Assembly: GCA_002633005.1 (NCBI GenBank) | Contig: NMRA01000018.1 | Span: forward strand, 769,131 to 833,130 | DNA from: Phoronis australis | Taxonomy: Eukaryota > Animalia > Phoronida | Direction of reading: 5' to 3' | Length of the DNA stretch: 64,000 nt | Part shown: positions 24,030 to 36,450 of the stretch, in pieces | Numbering within the stretch: position 1 is the first letter of the stretch | Layout of the letters: each line of letters starts with the position of its first letter | Position numbers and translations under genes: made by a program | The notes under the pieces: model-generated | What the model saw: the letters and a program-made list of their open reading frames with translations, nothing else | What the model was told of the DNA's origin: nothing | The model's database searches: none

Positions 24030-25537
24030 CCAACTGTGCATTAATTACGGTAGTGACTTGACGGAAGTTTGTTTTCGTCATGCAACGTGGTCAGACGTTT
24101 CCTAATAGGATGATTTTCGAATGACTTTTACTTTGGCGGTGTTTAAGTGCAGCCAGAAAGTGGAGGCGGTGGTCGAGCTGCCGTCAGATGAGCAGACGTG
24201 ATCGACGACGAGGTCGTCACACCAGATCGCTACGTTGTAAGTTGTACGCTTCCCAGGCCGACCTGGTGCCGGTTGCGAGTACAATTTTCGGCGTAGGAGC
24301 TGGCAAGGAAACTATTGTACGTCGTTACGATCGAGCTGAGAAAAACTGAGGTACAATGTAGCAATCATTCAATTTCACCTTGTACGATGTGGAACGCAGT
24401 TGAGAACGTGCGAACTTGCGTATACAAGATAGATTTCAAGCCCATGGATACTACGGTAACGACCATAACTTGGAGAAAACATCTGTAACCAATTTCTGAA
24501 TGGCATGAAATCGGTCAATTGTTTTATGTTTCAATGTTTATAAAGAAAAAAATAATGCACAATTCATCTATTCCACAATGAACGAACGCTGACAAATAGG
24601 TACATGTATGTGGATAATTTAAATCGGTCTCAATATTGTCTACATGTAATGTGCCATTCTTATGTTTTAGGCCTTTGTTCTACTGTTACGTACCTAGAAA
24701 TTCATATTGTTTATACTTAAATCTGAATGACTTATTTGCGATGCCTTCACTTTAGCTTGGTATTCATTATTTCTGAGCCAAAAGGAGACATTAAATTTTT
24801 GTATCTTAGGAATCAGGAAAGGCTAATGCTGAAGAAGTGGCTTCTACTGAAGTTGATGACCTACCGATTATTAGTAAAAGGTTGGGTAAGGAAATGTTGA
24901 AAACCAGCGGGAAGTTGCCCTGAAACGATGAAAAATTCACTCTAGTGGACGAGTTTGTGAGAGGGCTAGAGAGAGAGGCCGAAAAGTCTACACCCAGAAG
25001 ATGAATTTGTAACTTGAGGAACGCGTCGGGGAAAAAGTATTTGCCAAAGGTCACTGGCTTACACCTCATCAGGTCAAAAGTTAATTTTTGAGATTGGTCA
25101 CTCTCAGCAAATGTGGGAAACTGGGACAGTTGTATGTAAGAGATGTGTCGGAGGAAGTGGAGGGTGCGGTTGAAAGAGACAGTCTACGCTTTAAGATCGG
25201 ATGTAGCATTGTAAATGTCAAAGGGATGAAACAGTCAGTACCTGTAAATGTTCTGGCTGATCATCTAAAACCAGTGATGGCATTATTATGCAATGTAAAC
25301 ACAGCTCTGTAGGGAAGTAGAAATGTTTGTTGTTGCAAGCTTTGTTTGCACGAGAACTGCAGCGCAAATAACATTAAATTTACCTGGAATGAATATTTGT
25401 TCAGCTACCGATCACAATCCTGGGCAAGTGGATTGAGATGGTACAGCCACATGGTAAATGGCACACAGCCCTTTTCGTTTAGCCACTGGAGTTCTTGGTC
25501 TGACAGGATTTCTCAGTGTGACCATTACATTTAGAAG

Positions 25538-26185
25538 TGTGACGGGAGCGCCGTCTATTGATGGAGCCGTGAGTGAGGACGAGTCGTCAGTTTAGTTTCG
25601 GAAACTAGAGTGTATTATATTTTAAAGGGGTGTAAGATGGTCAATTCCTTATATGGAACTTCCGATGACGACATTTTTAGTTCTATTCTGATTGGTTTTC
25701 ACAGTTATCTTGAGACCCCTATTTTGGCGTAATTTGCAACATTCGCGGTGCGAATAAGCCTATAAAAATGGGCCCCTCACGCTAAAACTTCGGATTTTGC
25801 CGGGTCTGGACTCTATCCGCAAGGAATCCCAACCAAGCAACTTAGCTGCTTGGGCCTTTTAAATTTGGACTTTGACGTTTTTAGCGAATTCTTCTTGTTT
25901 ATAAATTCTTTGGGTTAAAAGTTAAAGCTGCGATGTCGACGGAAGTTAGCGATGAGTTGTAAGTTTGTAGAATGGTGTTTCATATATATTGTATAATAAA
26001 ATTCAGTATATTTATCTACTTCTCTATTGTTTCACTCTCTATAAGTTGTCACCATGGTTCTGTCGTATGCGATTCGAACGAGTGAAAAAGTACACAACGC
26101 TGCAAATATTTTTATCGGCTACGAACAGTCGACATTTTAGAAACTAAGTAGATCGGTGCTGGTCGCCCCACCGATTCCCGTTACA
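25538..26185 (+). mobile_element. Solo LTR (648 bp) with 4-bp TSD GAAG
   Basis: GAAG|TGTGACGGGA...TCCCGTTACA|GAAG. TATA box TATAAAA at ~25761 and AATAAA at ~25994. Confidence 0.8.
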
Positions 26186-27504
26186 GAAGTTTGTTTCGCG
26201 ATTTCTGGCCGCTGTACTGTTTCTTCTCCTTGAAATTGAATTAATGTTTCCGCATTGTACATACCAATATGGATTTTTGCTTTTGAATGAGTATTTAGTA
26301 CTGCCATTTGATTCCTTGTTGCAGTGTGGCTGGTTCTGTTCATACCTTTCTGCCTGGGTTGTAAACCCACATTCTGTCAAGGAAGTGAAGTTTTGATTTA
26401 GACCATTTTCCCCTTTAAACTGTTCTCAATTTGTTCCTTATCCAGATGGGATATGATTTCTGGAATTGCAACTGGAGTGTTGAAAAGATCAAGAAGGCAT
26501 TTGTTGATTATACTCATGAGATTTGTACTTTGGACTGTACAGTCATATTTGTATATAAAACATATTTTATAGTATACCAGTTTGTGGTTGGTGTACTATA
26601 TTTACAACTTGGATGAATTGTATGCGAGATAAACAACTTTCAAGTGAGATAAGGAATAAATTGGTCACACGTTGTTTTATTTTTTAGGTGTATGATCTTC
26701 CAGTAAGTGATTGCTTTTGAAAAACCAGTGCTGAATGTGATATTAACTCTTTATTTAAAGGGGAATAAATCCATAAACCTACGTCTTCGAGAACTTTTAC
26801 TCCAACTACATGTTACAAGGATGGGGATTGGAGTCTTAATAAAACGGAATCTGAACCCGAACCGTGAGCAATACAACACAATACATGGAAATAAAAATAT
26901 AGTGTTTAGGTTTCATGGTAAGGATTCGTATAAGAGTTACTACGGTGCGAGATAAGTGTTTGTCGATACTTTGGGATTCCTCCTCTGTGGTCACCCACTG
27001 GAAACCTGGTCACATAGAAATCGATAAATCATCATCTCCATTGTTCCCCTTGTTATAAATATAATGACAAGTATTTATCGGTAACGGTCTGATTTACAAC
27101 CTACGTGCTATTTCCACGCGACCTGTAGTGTTCTATCCAACAATGACGAAACAAAGGAAAACAATTAATCGTACGACCGATAGAAGAAAATTATGCGATG
27201 AGTTGGCATGGAGTTTGCCTCTGTATATCTTGTCGCTCGAATGTTTTTAAAGAACTGCTAAGCCAATATTTCATCAAGAAAACAACAGAATTTTGTATCA
27301 TTCATTTAACATTACAATGCATTACATGAACATTTGATCAACAGAAAATCTGATTTGAATCTTTGTGACGAAATCCCTATGTGAAAATTACAAGGCATTA
27401 CAACTATAAAATCAAAATAACATACATTTGTCGAATTCATGTCTGTAACCCAGATCATTGGGGAGGACATAATCGATTTTGTATTAAAATGGAATTGGGC
27501 GAAC

Positions 27505-28995
27505 ACACGGATATCATTTCTAGCTTTACTTCTATCATTCGAAGTGTCAGTAAAATACTGAGCACGCTGCCGAGCGTCTTTCGTTTTCCCTGCTCTTAAC
27601 TTTACATACTCGTATGTGCAACCATTTGTCAGATTTGTTGCGTCAAAACGCAGGAGGAAATCCGAAGGAAATTTCGGTTCCCTTCCAAAGAACAACAAAA
27701 ACGGGGAGTACTTAGTAGTGCAGTTTGGAGTCGAATTATACGACATCACCAGATCATGCACATTTTCCGGCCATTTACGCTTGTGATCAATTGGCAAAGT
27801 ATTCAACAGATTTTGCAATGTGCGATTAAAACGCTCATACTGTGAACCATTCCCTCAAGATGATATGGGGTTGTACGGGATTTCTGAATGTCATATAATT
27901 TACAGAACTGCTTGACCAGATCGCTTTCAAAACTGCGACCCTGATCGCTATGAATCATGTCAGGAATACCGAACCTATTGAACCATTGCTCAGCCAAAGC
28001 CTTGTCAACAAACCGTTAGGGCAGTTTGATTGCGTGTCACAGCAACCTGCGTAAACTTCGTGAATACGTCAGCCATCACTAAAACGTTATCCCCACCGCC
28101 ACTGGACGGTTCTAGAACAGTAAAATCTACGGCTAACACTTCATTGGGTCTACATGCAGTCACGTGACTCATGATCGTCCTCAGTTTCATATATGGACTC
28201 TTAGAAATTTGACACCTCGCACATGATTTGCAGTAGTCTGCCACATCTCTCTGCATACCAACCTAAAAGTAACGGTTGCTAATCAAAGCAAATGTACTCT
28301 CATACCCTTGGTGCCCAGCTGCAGTGCATCACGTTAAGACTCCATAATTTCATTTCGTAGCGACTGTGGCACGGCACAGCTAACGTACTAACAACTTCAT
28401 TATCAACTGACGAGACCGTGTTTATGAACAGCATTCCCCGAACTAAGCACAGATCATTCCAATACCTCAAATATTTCCGTACACCGCTATTTGCAGTATC
28501 ACCAGGCTTACGTTTTGCTTGGAAACATTCCATCACGCCACCAAGAATAATATCATTACATAATATACCTATTCTAACAAGCAGAAAGATTCCATTTGTG
28601 CCAGATACTCCCAGTACAAACATATGGACAGACTCGGCTGTGATAGCATCACGTTCCTGATGTGTTCCTGATGTGACGTGTTTTCGAAGATAGCTATACG
28701 TCAAAAGCAATGCATCCCATAGTGACAGGTGGATTGTAACCCTTCTTACCCGATTCTTCTGCTGTTCTTGACTACTCTTCAGCAGCTCCGAACTTGTTAA
28801 GTATACCAGACGATGCAAACCAGCAAGAACTGCTCTTCACAATCACGAAGCAGTTCCAATTCCAAAAGGCTCCGCATCGGTCATTACCACATTACCACAC
28901 TTTTGGGGTCTGAAAACTCACATGTTGATTTGGGTGAAAGTCAATACTACCCGCTAGTGTTTTAGGGGCTTAATCTGTCCAGTCCTGTCAAAACA
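27505..28995 (-). mobile_element. Decayed Ty3/Gypsy pol 3' part (RT-RNase H connector, RNase H, integrase)
   Basis: Integrase motifs CKSCARC, LAVDFTVLE, DVFTKF, FGIPDMIHSDQGRSFES, SRTTPYH, YNSTP..TKYSPFLLFFGREP. Weaker RNase H traces EFSDP..TDA..GIG and KFGAAEE at 28780-28960. Multiple frameshifts. Confidence 0.9.
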
Positions 28996-29023
28996 TTATT
29001 GATTTGTACTTTTATGGCAAACA

Positions 29024-30864
29024 TTAGTATATGTTACTTCTACAATAGCAAAATTTTCTAAGATTAAAATCGTCCGTAATACAACTAGACGTATTTCCAT
29101 ATAAATTAATGCGACTAATGTCACCCATAACTTGGAATTCACTCTGCTCGTGACGTACAGTTGCTTGGAATTGACCGCTGCCAGGCTGGGTTTGAATGGT
29201 AATCAGATATAACGTAAAAGATGTCTGTAACTTATGCCAATTACTGTCGTAACAGACGTCTTTCACAGTACAACCTCTTGAGTAAGTCTGGTCGTGGACA
29301 GATGTTGAAGCATCAATAATGTTGGTTATTTCCTGCTCTAGACAAAGCCCTTTCTTCAGATTACTGAGCTCATTAATACGACTCAGTAAGGCCTTGCTTG
29401 CCTTGACAACATTCGAATCGGTAACTTTTAGTTTCTTTTCCTCTCGACAGGCGCAATAGTGAACAGGGATGCCGGCATCCGAACACACCCTGCCCTTTGG
29501 AATGTTTTCGAAGAGACTAATACCATAGTCGCTTGGCTTGTCATACTCGCATCCTACACACAAGTCTCGCAACGTTTGATGTACATCAAAAGGGGTAGTT
29601 AACATATGCTGATTCCTTCTTAATGCTTTATCGTACGCTGGGTATTTTTTGCCAAACCACGGCGGAAAAGCCATAAAAATCATGGGCAAATTTTCCTCGT
29701 AACGACCCACGTATGTAGATCGGATACCACCAAAACGATAACCGTGGTCTCCGAATATAATAATCACAGTGTTGTTGAAAATATTCGAGGCGTTGATGTA
29801 GCGGACAAATTCCGTATAATCTCCATTTGTTTTACCAACGGCATTGATATTATCGTGCGATATGAAGGTATTAAACACAAAGGCAAAGAAGGGGACCTTT
29901 GTCGCGTGGTACGTGGTAGCGAATTGCCTTGCATAATCCAAAGTCCATTTGTGAAGACCCTTTCGTCCACAGCACCACGTTGGACTTTGCTTGCAAAGAA
30001 CAGACTTCTCCAGCGCAAGAGACATGTGGCGGTAATAGTGGTGCGCAGGATATTTAGAAAATCCTTTCTTCAGATAGTTGAATATTGAACCTTCAGTGGC
30101 GTCCTCGGCATACAAACTGGCGTATCCTTTGGACATGAACCTTTTCCAAATAAATGGCTGATCGTCCAAATGTCGTGAAGAATCCCACTTTGTTTCATCA
30201 ATTGTTTTTCCCATGGTGAGTGGACATATGTTTAAAAACGTATTATCGCCGACCCTATTGTATCCATTAAGTTCGATTCCATTCAAATCCTTAAGCATAT
30301 ATTCCCTGAGCTTGGTAAGTTGCCGGTGCCCATTCAACCTCGACATGGAGTCAATGCCGATCATAAGGACATTAAGTTCCTCGTCAATTTTATTTCGTTT
30401 AATCCTAAAGCTTTTCTTAGGTGTGGGCAACATATTCATCTTGTTCTTGTATTTATAGTAGTTACCGACAAATGTTTGGGTAAGGAAGTCGTCGTATACA
30501 AGTGTATCCTTGTCATTTACGCAATGCACGTACACAAAATCTGCGGACACGTTGACACCTTTACTATCAAATAATGGTAAATCGACTGGTTTCCCCAGGT
30601 CCCATTTTGAGTCGTCCTTTTCCACGAAGCTTCGCGTTATAGGGCTAAACGTACACTTAACCACCGATCCTAATTGACGAAGACCTTCAGTCGGGGTCAA
30701 TACACCTTTGTCAAGATTGGCAAGTTTTTTGTATTTCATACAAATTAACGGTCTAGTCTCAGTCTTAACGTATTTCTTGATAGAGACGTGCCAGGGGTCA
30801 ACGTCCAGAATTCGACAGGATGGCGTGTACACCGTATAACCACCGACTCGACCGCTCACAGAAC
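29024..30864 (-). CDS. DUF229-family protein (alkaline phosphatase/sulfatase superfamily), large terminal coding exon; ORF is open further to 31081
   Basis: Uninterrupted ORF with DUF229 motifs CRILDVDPW, NVLMIGIDSMSR, YNRVGDNT, YAED, SHD, FGDHGYRFG, GRYEENLP, LTTPFDVHQTL, CSDAGIPVHYCAC, ISRINLYG, LRKFCYC. Phase-1 acceptor ATATTTCTAG|GT at 30865/30864. An alternative unspliced start is the ATG at 30964. Confidence 0.9.
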
Positions 30865-31019
30865 CTAGAAATATTGCAAATGCCATAATTTCAAATAACT
30901 GACGTTCATCCACCCACCTCAACATTCTCATGATACCACTGAGAAAAATCAGTAGCAACTTCATCTCATTACAGCGCAAATTAATCAAAAATCGAAACCT
31001 TCCATCTGAATCTAGGTTT

Positions 31020-31430
31020 GAGAATAAATAGTTCCTATAAATGCAGGACACGATCCCACAACGCGAAGACCATGTGAGCAAAATAATTCAAATGGGTCCT
31101 GGGAAATCAAAGGAACTGTTCCATCCAACAGCATTTCCACGCTATCAAGCTTTTGAGCCCATTCGATGTTTACGGCGCCCCATTGCCAGGCTACTCCAAC
31201 AGCACGGTTCAGGTACCTATGAACATGGCAGTAAACTCAGCTCATGACTCACAAACAAATCCCGCACTTACAAAGCATGGTCTACGCACCACAAAAAAAT
31301 GACTGCCCCACTCGCATGACGATCACGGGCATTTCCCTACGAGGACTCCGTCAGCCGCGTTTACGGGCGCCAGAACGATGTTTGCTTCCTGGAGCCGTAG
31401 TTTTGCCGTGCAAAAGCCGCGTTTTGTGAG
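31020..31430 (-). mobile_element. Decayed Gypsy aspartic protease region
   Basis: Broken minus frames give LVGKCP, PCFVSAG (degenerate CLxDTG), SNGL and PAFIGT in canonical order. Confidence 0.55.
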
Positions 31431-34400
31431 TCCGGGTCCGTGTTTGTAAGTCAGTGAACTGAGTTCACAAACCCGTGAGTACCGTCCACAAGAGCAGAGC
31501 TACACTATGTTGATGAGTGTGTAAGCCGAGTTGTTTGGGTAGCCAGGGAATACGTTCAAAGGCACAGTATTATACTGTATGCCGCCGTGTTTTTGCGTCA
31601 AGTGCCTATGCTGCCTGGATAACATCCACACCTCTGCATAAATAATTCTCAGCAAAAATAACATTCTTTAAGCAAGCATAATTCCCTAAACCGTCTTTTG
31701 TGGCTGAGTTGCAATTCCTTCTCAGTTACTTTCAAAACCTATCTTGTGTTCCCGGTTTTATTCTACTGGGACTTCCTTCTACAATGTATGATTCCACTGA
31801 CTTCGAGTCGGGCATAACTGACATGCGTTCAGTAATGCTAGGACCTACGGTAGGACCTAGCTAAAATCTAGCCAAAGTCACGTGATCTCATTTAAAATAT
31901 ACGGTAATATTTCACATAATCTCGCAGTCTTGCTTTTTAGCGAGGTCCAAGCGTTACTGAACGAGAGGCTGTTTGACACTGTTCAGCAACTGTCTTATCA
32001 ACTTAGGATTTTGGTAAAAACGCTCGCGTCCTTTAAAGCTTTTTGAAGGCAAATGAGACAAGTGATCATATATTCGGGAAACTTGTACACAACCATCAAT
32101 CCCGGAAATGACAGAAACAGTTTTTGTTAGACTTAGGTTGGATTCTGCAAACAGATGATTCAGAAAACTGAAAATACCTAGCAGGTAACTTTGTACACAC
32201 CAGTGCCAGCAGGCTCAGCAAAGCTAAACATACACTTAAAACAATGTGTTGAATTACAATCTGCCTAATAACCATATATTCCAAACGAATGATGATATCA
32301 AAACATATTCTTGCAAAATACATACCAAACTCAATACATTTTGCTGGAGCCACACGGGTTGTCTCGGACACAGCAGACGAAGGAAATTGATAAATGACCT
32401 ACCACGGGTATTTTACGAGCCATCTTTGGTATGTGTGGCCTAAATCTGGTATTTTAATGAATTATTGTCGATTTCCATATTGCATGAGACCTTTCTTTTG
32501 ACGTCGCGTGTAAACAATGACCGATAAAAGCGAGTTGACAGGAAGTATGTGAATTACAATTCAAGTAACAAAATCCCGAGTCAATGATGCTAAAAATTCT
32601 TAATTCGCGACTTCAAAGTACGACTGCAAAATTTATGGACTATATCAGTTGTCTGGGAAAATGGTGTTGTGTTAAACGGCAACTTGAGAGAGAACACATT
32701 TTTGCAGTGTTCATTATTGAAACAGGGAAACAGGTTGACAGTGGCATATTTTCAATGAAACAAAATGCAACACAAATGGGAATACCTTCACTTTTGCCAC
32801 AGGACAGAAAATCAGTTTTTCTTAATACATGTATTTTTAGCTAAAGAAACTGCAACGAACCTATCATTTTCCCCACCTGTTGACGTGTTTTTTATATCTA
32901 AAGAAATGTTAGAAAAGAGAACTGTAAGTTTTTGCATTACAATGCTAGACGTTTTGTGCTAAATGAGCAAAATGTGCACTCATTTACTAAACACATCAAT
33001 AATTATTAAAAAATAACATGTGGTGACACTGCAAAACGGTAATGTCACTGCTTTGCTGGGAATGCGATTGCCATGATAGAAGTGCGTGTGCAACGGTTTG
33101 TACGGTTTCCTAAGGGAAGTTAATGAAAGCAGTTTTCTTCCCTGTCACATTTCACGTAATGATTTAGTCATCGATAATTCCTCAATCCCCGAATGATATT
33201 CCAGATTTTTTGCCGATTTATGACTAGACGTCTCGTCCCGTTCACTGATGAACTCTGAATGCCTATACTATAAATAGTGTTTTAACTCAAGCGCCAAATG
33301 TCAGCTAACTTGATACATCCCGGTAAAATGCAAAGATACAGCATCAAAGCTTTGACATCTGCATATGCCTACACGGCAATGGGTTCTATGCAAGAGATAA
33401 CAGAGGTCCAAATGTCGACTAGGAGTTTTGCCGGGGCTGACGTGGACAACCGGTTTACTAGAAAAGAACACCACCGCTGGCAATTAAGGTACAAACTTTT
33501 AAATTCGACCTCCCGTCAAAGAAAATGTGCAATTCGAACTCTCCCTTAAAAACGTTGGTTTCAGGCCTGTGATATGGTACCCGACTCCTGTACTGGGGTC
33601 ACCAGCCCACCACTGCATTAATAAAAAGGATAATTTCAATATGCCGTCAATCGTTGGTGTGACCATGCCAATTTTAGGAGTAATGAGTCAAGTGTAGGCC
33701 GGAGAGAATGAGCCCTGACTGAATCAGTCACTGAGATTTTGGCTGCTCCGCTCCGGCCGACTGACTTTCTTTGATAAGCTGTTTCAAATTTCTTGAGACA
33801 TTTTCTGGCGGGAGATAAAGAACTCGGGAAGTAGAGCTTAATAGTTGGCAAATGTATCCATAAATGGTAGGATAATATTGTATTGAACAGTTACAGAACA
33901 CTCAGCATTCCACGTTATACTCTTGTAATTGTAGCGAGCGCGGACGATAACATAGTTGCTAGGGTAGTCGATGCGAATATAGGGAGCGCTGAATCAGCGC
34001 GACTTTTCGTGGTTTTGCATTTCACATCATAACTGAAAAGTTCTATAGCAACTGAAGTACGATTCTCAGATTTGAGTACGCGTTTGGAGTCTACTCGAAA
34101 TGTGACATTAAATACGCTTTTTCGATTAGGCCTACGACTCCAGTGAGCACGATTTTGAGTATGAAATCTCGAGTATGAGTATGAGCCTGACGGAGATTGC
34201 AGACCGAGCCCCGGAGTCACAGTCGACGAGCTGGGATGCGGCAACGTTGAGTTAATTCATTTACCGAAACATTTCCATAATAAAATCAGTTGCATGCTTT
34301 CTGCACAAGTCATTCGTTTATAATTAATTTTTGGATAAGAATTCAAATAAAATAACTTTATTGACCGCTTCTGTGCTAAGCATTCGTTACAACACCCAGC

Positions 34401-35058
34401 AACACTGTACACAATCGGTTGTCAAGCGATAGAGGCATACATTTCCCATAATGCAACTACGGCGGCAAATTCAAGATGGCGGGTTTGCACATTCGCTATG
34501 GAACTACTTCCACTAATCGCTGCGCCACCTGCGGGATCAAGCTGACAACAATATAGTGTCGGCAACACACTCACAGCTTGAGAGAGACAGAGAACACACA
34601 TTTCAACTAATTCAATTATTCATTGTAATAGAAACGCCATCATTCCAATTTCCTTGCAACTATGAAATTATCCTTTATAGATCAAAATGCGGTCTGTTCC
34701 TAAACAACGACAACTTTAGACATAATTTTATTAATTACATAATTCACCTCTGTGTTCCTGTGGAGACATTCAGACAATTGATCTCTGTGTTCCGGTGGAG
34801 ACATTCAGACAAATGCTCTTTGCTTGTGCGGTATTCGGAGAGCAGAGAGCACAGCTTTTCCAGACACTCGCACAATGCCCCAATGTTTACAAAAAATACC
34901 CAGACCTTCCTCAAATGTACAACATTTTTTTCTAAATGGATGTAAAAGAACTCGACCTAAATGAAAATAAGGTTTTATTCCAAATAGTTTCAAATTTCTT
35001 GTCAATATAAAATCTCTCTGAGTGAGTCGACAAAACCGTATAGATGTAAAATAACTTA

Positions 35059-36450
35059 AGGAGCATGCCACCCAAAAAAACAACCTAATTTGTATCAATT
35101 TAGATCGAATAGTTCTACTCCATAACGACACGTACGGTTGCGTTACCTGACACCTGACGGCAGACGGAGGTGTTGAAATTATCCAATGACGTCATCGGTT
35201 TCACACGCAGTCTGTTCAGCAGTTCACAACACGGGTTACTGGTGTCAGCTTATCGCTTGAAGTCATCGTTTAACACCAATAAATCATCAAACTTCGNGAC
35301 TCCGCGTTATCCCTGCCAGTGGCTCGGAAACTGATCAGACATCACTGACATAAACCAGCCAAAGTTCAGTTTAAACTAAACTTCCAGTCAAGAAAAGTAC
35401 TATACTATACTGATCCAAAGTAATGTGCACGCGATTATGTTGGTGAATTAGCCACGAAACTGCAAATCTACTTACTCGTCGGGGGCCGCGCGAATTCAGG
35501 TTCCGCTTTGGCCACAGCACCGTCAGGCCAGAAGTTGTACATTGACAATCATTATTTGAGTAACGTAATGGTAAATAAAGATTCCCCTAACACCTGGCCG
35601 TGGGATGGAAATCGAGTTGTTTCACAACAGTTTCTGCGAGCAAACTCTAAATTAACATGAGCTCACACGGCCTAGGTGTCCCGTCAATTAGTTTTACTGC
35701 ACCTAAAGCCGGTAACGCAGTAATTTATTCATTGATAGCTTCTCAAATCATTTGCACTCACGAACACCCCAAAGGCATAACAAACTGCATCGAATGAGAC
35801 AGACTTTGTTTCAGTTTTATATAAGTATTGGTTAGGGTGAGAATAATTCATTTGAAACAGAACGCCCAGTAATAAACGCCAACATGGCATCTCGCAATCC
35901 CGACTTAGGACGAGCTACTTTAGAGCTCATCAGTGCCGACTTCGCAGGAGGATCGTTAAGTTTTACAGGCTATCAATTCGAACAGGAATACAGTGATGAA
36001 GAAATACTAGAGAGGCGCCGTGAACAAGCTCAGACAACGGAACGAATGGAGTTATTTGGTAAGCCGACATTCGTCAGGCACTGTCGACGTCTGCAGGACA
36101 CATACACGGAAAGGTTTAACGGCCTCATACTTGCTATTTACAGCGTACATTTCATTATTCACTACCATGAGTCACTTCTTAAGCATTTCGGACTCTCGAG
36201 CAAGTAAAAAAAACCCATATACCCACTTTCCTCGCAGCTGCTTAGTTCGGACTAGTGGGAACGATGCTCCGCAACATTGCGGCATTCACTCTGCATATGA
36301 ACCACTGACGACGCTAGCGTCGTTTTTCACCTTCCTCACAGGTTAACGCGACACCTCTTGGCATGGTAAGATCGATCGTGTGCGAGGCAATGTGGATATA
36401 GACCGATTAAGACGGCAAAAAAGACTAATTAAATCGGATGGCATTCTCCT
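35059..36450. mobile_element. Internally deleted Kolobok-type DNA transposon
   Basis: TIRs AGGAGCATGCCACCC / GGATGGCATTCTCCT with TTAA at the ends. The + ORF at 35884 (GYQFEQEYSDEE) resembles the Kolobok accessory (KolX) N-terminus and converges on a THAP-like remnant (MPQCC..) on the minus strand. Confidence 0.7.

Noticed and set aside
25538-26185. This LTR as the 3' LTR of the DUF229-containing Gypsy
   Set aside because: It has its own TSD on both sides, its TATA and polyA signals are on the opposite strand, and no second copy is seen upstream of 31430.
30865-31081. N-terminal extension of the 685-aa ORF as real protein
   Set aside because: It starts at a non-ATG codon, overlaps Gypsy protease-like sequence and lies upstream of a good phase-1 acceptor. 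The ATG at 30964 remains a possible alternative.
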